Source: Promethearchaeota archaeon
GTDB lineage: Archaea; Asgardarchaeota; Lokiarchaeia; Sigyniarchaeales; SOKP01
Length of the DNA stretch: 64,000 bases
Direction of reading: 5' to 3'
Assembly (NCBI GenBank): GCA_019058445.1
Contig: JAHPZA010000006.1
Span: 1,196,943 to 1,260,942 of the forward strand
The notes below the pieces were generated by a model. That model was not told the origin of the DNA. It made no database searches and was given only the letters and a program-made list of their open reading frames with translations. The translations under genes were made by a program, and so were the position numbers. Below, piece after piece: positions 1-7,583 of the stretch (position 1 is its first letter; every line of letters begins with the position of its first letter).

Positions 1-8
1 TTCTAGAA

Positions 9-914
9 TTAAAATTTATAATTTTTAATTAATACTTCTCTTATTTCACCACGTTTTGAAGCATTACTATTAATAACACGTTTAGCACTCACTACATTAA
101 TAATATAATCCTCGTATAATTCCATAATGTTTTTATGATAAGAATTGCTTAACATTACCTTACTTCCACAACTTGTCAAAGCATCAATCACTTCTTTTAA
201 TTCAATTTGATCTTCATATGTAAAATTTTCTTGAGTATAGCTCGTGAAATTAGCTGTTTCTGAGATAGGAATATAGGGAGGATCAATATAAAAAAAAGTT
301 TTTTCATTAGCATAGTCAATACATCTTTCATAGGAATCAAGTAATATTTCCACATTTTGTAAAACTTCATGAACAGCCCTTAAGTTTTTTTCATCGCAAA
401 ATTTAGGATTTTTATATCTGCCAAAGGGCACATTAAATTGACCTTTACTATTCACTCTATATAAGCCGTTATAGCAGCACTTATTTAAATAAATAGTTCT
501 AGAAGCTTTTTCAACATTAGACCAATTTTTAAATTCTTTAGTCCTATCCACATTTCTGATTTTATAATAATAATCTTCTTTATTCCTATGATGTCTAAGT
601 AATTCTATTAATTCGTCCACATTCTCTTTAATTACTAGATAAGCGTTTATTAAAATAGGATTATTATCAATTAAGACTGCATTTTTAGGTAGAAGATAGA
701 AAAATAATGCTCCTCCTCCCACAAATGGTTCAACATAAGATTCAAAATCTTTAGGAAGAAATTTATCAATTTGTCTAAGTAATTGACGTTTTCCTCCTGC
801 CCATTTTAAAAAAGGATGTGGAACATCAACAATTTTTTTGTTTCTCCTATTAATTTCTCTTTTTAATTTCCACTTAGTTTTAGTATCGTAATATTTCAAT
901 ATTGAATAGTCCAT
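9..914 (-). CDS. dam: Dam/DpnM-type N6-adenine DNA methyltransferase (D12 class)
   Basis: FLKWAGGK, YVEPFVGGGA (motif I), NGLYRVNSKGQFNVPFG, DPPY (motif IV). Confidence 0.92.
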   Translation of the reverse strand: MDYSILKYYDTKTKWKLKREINRRNKKIVDVPHPFLKWAGGKRQLLRQIDKFLPKDFESYVEPFVGGGALFFYLLPKNAVLIDNNPILINAYLVIKENVDELIELLRHHRNKEDYYYKIRNVDRTKEFKNWSNVEKASRTIYLNKCCYNGLYRVNSKGQFNVPFGRYKNPKFCDEKNLRAVHEVLQNVEILLDSYERCIDYANEKTFFYIDPPYIPISETANFTSYTQENFTYEDQIELKEVIDALTSCGSKVMLSNSYHKNIMELYEDYIINVVSAKRVINSNASKRGEIREVLIKNYKF

Positions 915-1174
915 CTTCTTATTAAATTACGTAATTCCTTTACTATATTAATATTAGTTTTTTATTTTATAATTATTTAGTTCTCACTGTAGATTTTCTT
1001 ATTTGCAAGAATTTTAACGACAAAAAAATATCTATTATCCTAATGGTTGAACGGCTATGTAAATTCTTAATAACCAATTAATAAAAACATAACATATTTA
1101 TAAAAATCTCGTAGTAAATATATTTAAAAGAAAAATTTCATGTTATTTTTGAGATTTATTTTTAAAAATTTAAT

Positions 1175-2089
1175 TTGAAGATGAATGACATAAATTCCAC
1201 AGAAGAAAATCTTGATGATTCTGAACAACCAATACGACGTGCTTTTATTTTTTTATTAAATCACTCAAGAACCTCTGAAGCTTTCTCAAAAGAAGAATTT
1301 AAAACGTTTGTTAATTATCAAAATCCAAAGACTTTTACCACTTATTTTTCAAAAAAGATTAAACATCTACTAGAAATAGCCCCAAATGAAAAAGATAAAT
1401 ATTTAGTAGCTGGTATATTCAAAAAATTTTCTAGATGGGATAAGTTTAGAAGATATTACTCACAAAGTTCTAAGCTCAAGGTAAAATATATCGAGGAATA
1501 CTATAAAAATCTAATGATTTTTGAATTTTTTATGCCTTTAACCAATGAAAATGATTTAAGATCATCCTTAGATGAACTTTTTTATAAAAACACTGTAAAA
1601 CTTATGTTAAATAGAGTTCTTAAAAGCGATTTAAATATTATATTTCCAAAGAAAAATATAGAAACTGAAGAACAATATATTGAGAGAATATGTGAGTGGA
1701 TATCAAAGAGATTTGGGGGATATTCAATTGGAACGGTTAGGGGCAGGTTTAAAATAGATGATCTAAAGACTTATGCAGAAGTGGCACTCCAAAAAACAAA
1801 AGGTTTTGATTATTTAATTGATGAAACAACTGCTATTGTGCGTTTTATTTTTCATGTTGGTTCTCCTATTAAAAATCAAGAATTATTTAATATTGAGCAA
1901 TTTCATGAAAAAATAGATGAATTTATTGATCAAAGGGAGATTAGATTAGAAGCTAATCAAATAAGATTTATTTTCAAAAATTTGTTTGTTAGAAATATAC
2001 TTGATTTAGTCAATGGTGAAGATGAGATTTGGATGCTTGAAAGTGGTATTAGAAATTGCTTATATATATGGAAAAATGAAAATTTTTAA
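1175..2089 (+). CDS. hypothetical protein, divergent from the methylase
   Basis: 304-aa ORF; no recognised motif; its C-terminus is repeated as a remnant at ~2800-2923. Confidence 0.7.
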   Translation: MKMNDINSTEENLDDSEQPIRRAFIFLLNHSRTSEAFSKEEFKTFVNYQNPKTFTTYFSKKIKHLLEIAPNEKDKYLVAGIFKKFSRWDKFRRYYSQSSKLKVKYIEEYYKNLMIFEFFMPLTNENDLRSSLDELFYKNTVKLMLNRVLKSDLNIIFPKKNIETEEQYIERICEWISKRFGGYSIGTVRGRFKIDDLKTYAEVALQKTKGFDYLIDETTAIVRFIFHVGSPIKNQELFNIEQFHEKIDEFIDQREIRLEANQIRFIFKNLFVRNILDLVNGEDEIWMLESGIRNCLYIWKNENF

Positions 2090-2115
2090 TATACCAATAC
2101 ATGATTTTGAAAATC

Positions 2116-2655
2116 TTAAAAGTAGTCATAAATAAAATCTTTTAGTTTCGAACGTCCACTAAAATTCCAGTATCTAATATCCTGTTCAATAAACATCCAT
2201 TTAATAATTTTTAATAAGACATCAATTTTTTCTCCTACTAAAAAAGTGATATTATTATTGTATAACCAATCTAAAATCCGTTCATCATCTTCGCATATAA
2301 AGATTTTGTCAATGCTTTTAAGTAGAAATCTAAAATTATGGTAATTCTCTTCTCTTTTTAAATTTAAATCTTGGATAATATCATTATGACTGGGCATTTT
2401 GTCTTTATTCCCTTGATTCCAATTTTCAATCCAGATTTGGAAATCAAATCCAAATTTATTCTGAGCAGGTCTAATTAAATATAATTTCCTTTTATCTGCA
2501 AATTCTTCAACAATGTATTTATATCTTGAAACAAATTTCCCACTTCCTTTTCCAGGATCCTCTTCCATGAATTTAAGTACAACAAATTTTCTTAATTCGT
2601 TTTTTGAATAAAGTTTAGGGAGCTTCCACCTAATTGTAACATAAGAATAAGGCAT
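2116..2655 (-). CDS. conserved-looking hypothetical protein in methylase cassette
   Basis: 179-aa ORF with motif-like segments RPA..KFGFDFQI, MPSH, KWMFIEQDIRYWNFSGR; probable start ATG at 2655. Confidence 0.65.
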   Translation of the reverse strand: MPYSYVTIRWKLPKLYSKNELRKFVVLKFMEEDPGKGSGKFVSRYKYIVEEFADKRKLYLIRPAQNKFGFDFQIWIENWNQGNKDKMPSHNDIIQDLNLKREENYHNFRFLLKSIDKIFICEDDERILDWLYNNNITFLVGEKIDVLLKIIKWMFIEQDIRYWNFSGRSKLKDFIYDYF

Positions 2656-2794
2656 TTGAATTTCGAGATTGATTACAAGTAAAAGTTCATTGATTTATAT
2701 TATTATCCTTTTATTATTAATAATTAGAAAATTCTATAAAGATCAAAAGAATTTATTATATTTTTTTAAGTTTAAATATTTTTTATTGATTACA

Positions 2795-2923
2795 TATTAG
2801 AAACCTTTTTGAGAAAATATTTTTAGAAATAATAATAGAGAAGTTATGATTACTGAAGATGAAATTTGGATGTTAGAAATTGGTATGAGATTAATATTAC
2901 ATATTTGAAAAACGAATAATTAA
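2795..2923 (+). pseudogene. degenerate copy of the 3' end of ORF 1175-2089
   Basis: gaagatgaaatttggatgttagaaattggtatgaga (2855-2890) reads EDEIWMLEIGMR..HI*KTNN*, versus EDEIWMLESGIR..YIWKNENF* at 2018-2089. Confidence 0.75.
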
Positions 2924-2947
2924 TCAAGTTTTATATACAGACACATT

Positions 2948-4204
2948 TTAATTAGAAAGAATTTGCCATTCATATTCTGAGGGTTGTTCAACATTAAATT
3001 TCATGCACTTTTGACATATCAGAGAATATGAAAAACAAAAAGAAAGTCCTAAATTCCAGACGAATTTTTTGAATTTTTCATATGAAACTTTGTTTTCGAT
3101 ATTTTCAACAATATGATCGTATGTTTTACTAAGCTCGGGACCTATAGCCTCTCTTTTATCTTTAAATGAATTTCTGTAATTAAATAACATTTCTGCCATT
3201 ATATCTCTTCCTAATGCTAAACGGAATATTTTTCCTATTGATCCATCTTTTTTCAAGTAAGTTTCATCATTTATCTCATTTGAAATTTGAAAATATTCTT
3301 TAATCTGTCTGATCAATATATAACTGCCTGAACTAATACGAGTTCTTCCCTTAGTTCCGTCACCATCATAATAACCTAATAGAAATCCTAGATATAACTC
3401 TTTCTCGGAGACAAATGGTGTACCTTTTAATATTGGTAATTCAATATCTAAAGATTTTTGCGGACCAACTATAAATCCCTTATTAATTAGATGTATAGCA
3501 AACCTATCATTCATGAAAACTGCAGAATAATTAATCTTTTTAGTTTTTTTATCAATATTTTCAGATAAATATTCAATATTAAAGCCAATGGTTTTACAAA
3601 AATCGTAAATTATGTTTTTATTATCTATAGATTGCCTCAATCCGACAATTAAATTAAATTTATCATTACTATTCATATATTTTTTTTTAGATATCCATCC
3701 ATCTGCCCATAATATTCCTAACCAATAAGCTTTTTCAATAGTATCAATATCTTGAAAATAGTTTTCATTTAAATAAGGATGAAAATTTGAACTTTTATAT
3801 CGATGAGAACTAGGAGGATTATGTAAAGATATGTATGTATTTATAGTCCTATTAATTAAAATATCAATTATATCTTTAGGAATATAGAGATTTGCTAAAT
3901 TCTCTCTCAAATTTTCTTCATAGCTGGAAAGAAACTCCATTGAAATAATATATGAGGGATCTTTACGAGCATCCCGCGTCTTTTCTTTTATATGATATTT
4001 ACTTTGTCCCAAAATTAAGCTTAAATCTTCTTTTGTAATTAATTTAAATACATTTGAATTCCAATTAAATTCAAATTGTCCCAATAGATTTGAAGGAAGG
4101 AGGAATGAAATGGCTATTTTTAAAGACTCTAAAAAATTAATTGTTGTAGATACATCACAATTAAAATTAATCCAAATTTTGAAATTGTTGATTCTATTAA
4201 TCAT
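2948..4204 (-). CDS. free-standing double-motif LAGLIDADG homing-endonuclease-family protein
   Basis: AYWLGILWADGWI and YLGFLLGYYDGDGT motifs; no intein splicing motifs seen. Confidence 0.85.
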   Translation of the reverse strand: MINRINNFKIWINFNCDVSTTINFLESLKIAISFLLPSNLLGQFEFNWNSNVFKLITKEDLSLILGQSKYHIKEKTRDARKDPSYIISMEFLSSYEENLRENLANLYIPKDIIDILINRTINTYISLHNPPSSHRYKSSNFHPYLNENYFQDIDTIEKAYWLGILWADGWISKKKYMNSNDKFNLIVGLRQSIDNKNIIYDFCKTIGFNIEYLSENIDKKTKKINYSAVFMNDRFAIHLINKGFIVGPQKSLDIELPILKGTPFVSEKELYLGFLLGYYDGDGTKGRTRISSGSYILIRQIKEYFQISNEINDETYLKKDGSIGKIFRLALGRDIMAEMLFNYRNSFKDKREAIGPELSKTYDHIVENIENKVSYEKFKKFVWNLGLSFCFSYSLICQKCMKFNVEQPSEYEWQILSN

Positions 4205-4300
4205 TTTATCATTTTAAAATATATTTTTCTTACTAACTCATAAAACTGATTATATTTTTAAAATATTCTTATAATTAGTTTATATTAATATTTATAAACT

Positions 4301-4705
4301 CGTAGATATAAAAACCCTAATTTTTGTGATGAAGAAAATCTTGAAGCTGTTAATATCGTTTTAAAAAATGTTGATATTTTGCATGGATCTTTTGAATTAT
4401 GTTTAAAATTCGCAAAAGAAGGTGATTTTATTTATTTTGATCCTCCTTATCATCCATTGTCTGAAACTTCCTCTTTTACAAGCTATACAAAAGAAGATTT
4501 TGGAAAGAAATCTCAAAAAAAGTTATTTAACGTGTTTAAACGTTTAGATGAGAAAGGTTGTAAATTGATGCTAAGTAACTCGTATAATAATTTTATTTTA
4601 GATTTGTATAATGAGTACCAAATTATTTTGTTGAATGCGAAAAGAGCTATAAATAGTGATGCAAGTAAGAGAGGTGCTATTATAGAAGTTTTGGTAGTGA
4701 ATTAA
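4301..4705 (+). pseudogene. 5'-truncated second Dam-type methylase copy
   Basis: Frame opens after TAA 4295-4297 with RYKNPNFCDEENL...DPPY...SNSY...RAINSDASKRG, colinear with the C-terminal half of ORF 9-914; the SAM-binding N-half is missing. Confidence 0.85.
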
Positions 4706-4880
4706 TTACTTGAAAATTCTACTAAAAGCATTTAAATGGACATAAGCAGTGATTTTATAATTCAATAAAAGTTGATTTATATAATATAAAAATTATTGAA
4801 TATTTATACAGAATTAGTTGAATTTAATTAAAGTTCCAAACTATATTTCAATAGGAATTAAAATTTTAAAAGGGTTTTAT

Positions 4881-7259
4881 ATGCAATTAGAACAGATCTC
4901 GTACTCGAACTATAAAGAACGTATTTTAAAGATGAGGGAAAAAGTGATTACTCAACCACACGAAATATGCATCGAAAGAGCGAAGTTATTTACTGAATCC
5001 TATAAAAAGTCCAAAGGAGAGTCTCCTATTATTCGATTTGCTAAGGCGATGGAACATTTTTTAACAAACATGACCATAAAGATTTGGGATGATGAAGTAA
5101 TAGTGGGCAATCGAACAACGAAATTAGTTGGGACACCCTTATATCCTGAAGTTCGCATAGATACAATCGAGCAAGATTATAATACATATGATAGTCGCTT
5201 AGTCCAACGACTTTTACTTTCTAATGAAGATAAAAGATACATTGGAGAAGAACTTATTCCATACTGGAAACTTGAAGAAGATACAGTTCAGGAGAGGTTT
5301 CAGAAAAAGTTAAATTCAGATTTAAGAGAACTTATGGAAAAAGTAGTTTTTCTCGTAGATACTCAACTTACAAATGGGATTGGCCATTTTCTTCCTGGAC
5401 ATGGGCCCCTTTTGAAGTATGGAATAAATGGTTTAATCAAAAAAGCAGAAAAGAAAATTGGCGAATTTAGTGATGATGCTTCAAAAATTACATTTTTACA
5501 ATCAGTGCTTATTATTTGTAATGCAGTTAAAAAATTTATTCAAAGATTTTCAGATTTAGCGAAGAATAAAGCAGAATCCGAATCAAATCCTAAACGAAAA
5601 TTAGAGCTTTATGAAATAGCTGAGATTTGCTATAACATATCTAAATATCCGCCAAATTCCTTTAAAGAAGCACTACAATTGATCTATTTTAATCAGTTGA
5701 TATGCGGGCTGGAAGATGGAGGATTCGCAGTAAGCGTTGGACGTTCTGATCAAGATTTATATCCATTTTATTTAAAGGATAAAGGTGAGGGAAGAATTTC
5801 GGATGAAGAAACCCAATTTCTTATTGAGTGTTTATATCTAAAACTGACCACGTTATGGAATTATGTTCTCAGTAAAGGAATTGTTGCTGCTGAAGGACCT
5901 CCTATTACAGAAAATTTAACAATAGGAGGTGTGGATCGTAATGGAAAGGATGCAACAAATGAGTTGTCCTATATTATGTTGGATGCATATACTCACTTGA
6001 AGACAGTTCAACCGACCTTTTCTATTCGAATACATAGCATGACTCCAGAAGATTTTTTATATAAAGTGGGTCAATCTGTTAAATCAGGAGCCAGCGTAGC
6101 ATTATTCAATGATGATGTGATGATAAATAGCTTGGTAAAGCTTGGTTTTACCCTTGAAGATGCTCGAGAATACGCTCCGATTGGATGTGTTGAGCCTCAA
6201 CATCCGTATAAATCTTTCGGATCAACGAATGCCAATCAAATCAATATCGTAAAATGTTTAGAATTGGCATTAACAAACGGAATTGATATGATTACCAAGG
6301 TTGATTATGGTGTTAAAAATAATAAACAAATTACTTCTTATGAGGACCTTTGGAACGCTTTTAAAAATCAAATAAAGTTTTTTATAAAAAAGATGGTTAT
6401 GACTATGGATGCACTTGATGCAGCCATTTCTGAACTTAATCCCCAACCATTCTTGTCTGCAACCACTGAGAATTGTTTAGAGAGAGGACTTGATGTAACT
6501 CAGGGTGGAGCGATTTATAATTTCACAGGGGCGCAATTAATTGGTTTAGCCACAGTGGCAGATAGTCTTGCTGTTATAAAAAAATTCGTCTTTGAAGACA
6601 AACTCCTCTCATTAGAAGAATTAGTCGCAATACTTATGAAAAATTACAGGGGCACTTATCAAGGAAGAAAGGGAAGCGAATGGAGAGAGATTTTTATAAA
6701 TAGAGTTCCAAAATATGGAAATGATGATGATTATGTTGACCAAATAGCTGTTGATGTGGTAAACCTTTATTGTGAGGAAATTTTAAAACAGACAAATTAT
6801 AGAGGAGGAAAATTTAATCCGGGAATCTTATCTACGGCATTTCATTTAGCATTCGGTATATTTACAGGAGCATCCGCCGATGGAAGAAAATCTAAAATCC
6901 AATTATCTAATGGGGTGGGTCCTACAAATGGTATGGATAAAAATGGTCCAACAGCCATTCTTAATTCAGTAAAAAAACTTGATCATGGATTAGTATCTAA
7001 TGGAGATTCACTAATTTTGGCTTTCCATCCAAATACATTAAAATTAGATATATTCCCGTCTTTAATTCGAACTTATTTCGAGTCAGATGGTGGTTTTCAC
7101 ATCCAATTTAATGTCGTTGGGAAGGATACGTTATATGATGCACAAAGAAATCCAGATGAATATCGAGGATTAGTGGTTCGAATAGCAGGATATACGGTTC
7201 TTTTTACTGAGCTCTCTAAGACTGCTCAAGATGAAATAATTGCTAGAACTTGTTATTAA
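4881..7259 (+). CDS. glycyl radical enzyme (PFL superfamily, non-PFL type)
   Basis: C-terminal RIAGY glycyl loop, single-Cys GCVEP loop, HIQFNVV; likely start ATG 4881 (ORF track start 4818). Confidence 0.9.
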   Translation: MQLEQISYSNYKERILKMREKVITQPHEICIERAKLFTESYKKSKGESPIIRFAKAMEHFLTNMTIKIWDDEVIVGNRTTKLVGTPLYPEVRIDTIEQDYNTYDSRLVQRLLLSNEDKRYIGEELIPYWKLEEDTVQERFQKKLNSDLRELMEKVVFLVDTQLTNGIGHFLPGHGPLLKYGINGLIKKAEKKIGEFSDDASKITFLQSVLIICNAVKKFIQRFSDLAKNKAESESNPKRKLELYEIAEICYNISKYPPNSFKEALQLIYFNQLICGLEDGGFAVSVGRSDQDLYPFYLKDKGEGRISDEETQFLIECLYLKLTTLWNYVLSKGIVAAEGPPITENLTIGGVDRNGKDATNELSYIMLDAYTHLKTVQPTFSIRIHSMTPEDFLYKVGQSVKSGASVALFNDDVMINSLVKLGFTLEDAREYAPIGCVEPQHPYKSFGSTNANQINIVKCLELALTNGIDMITKVDYGVKNNKQITSYEDLWNAFKNQIKFFIKKMVMTMDALDAAISELNPQPFLSATTENCLERGLDVTQGGAIYNFTGAQLIGLATVADSLAVIKKFVFEDKLLSLEELVAILMKNYRGTYQGRKGSEWREIFINRVPKYGNDDDYVDQIAVDVVNLYCEEILKQTNYRGGKFNPGILSTAFHLAFGIFTGASADGRKSKIQLSNGVGPTNGMDKNGPTAILNSVKKLDHGLVSNGDSLILAFHPNTLKLDIFPSLIRTYFESDGGFHIQFNVVGKDTLYDAQRNPDEYRGLVVRIAGYTVLFTELSKTAQDEIIARTCY

Positions 7260-7378
7260 TTATTTCTAATTTTTTTAAATTAATTTAATAAAGTTTAATT
7301 TCTGATTTTACTTCACTTAGTTAAAAAATCGAAAAAAATTTTAGAGAGAATACCTTTTATAACACACCCTTAAAAAAT

Positions 7379-7480
7379 GGGCCTGTAGATCAGTGGAAGA
7401 TCATTGATTTCTGCCTCATAAATCAATCTTACGCTTGACTCGCATTCAAGAGGCCGCGGGTTCAATTCCCGCCAGGTCCA
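7379..7480 (+). tRNA. tRNA-Ala(CGC) with 30-nt intron at position 25/26 (7403-7432)
   Basis: Acceptor GGGCCTG/CAGGTCC with G3:U70, anticodon arm CTTGA-CT CGC AT-TCAAG, T arm GCGGG TTCAATT CCCGC; BHB with central AAGA/TCTT and bulges TCA, ACG. Confidence 0.93.
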
Positions 7481-7583
7481 TATTTTTACCGCATATATGA
7501 TAAACATTGTGTAGGAATGATTTAGAACAAGAACATAATATCTTATTTAATAAAATCTAAAAAATATGTTTCATTGACTATGA

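Noticed and set aside
7497-7560. Possible C/D sRNA after tRNA-Ala (ATGATAA...ATGA)
   Set aside because: No convincing C' or CTGA D box, and no target recognised.
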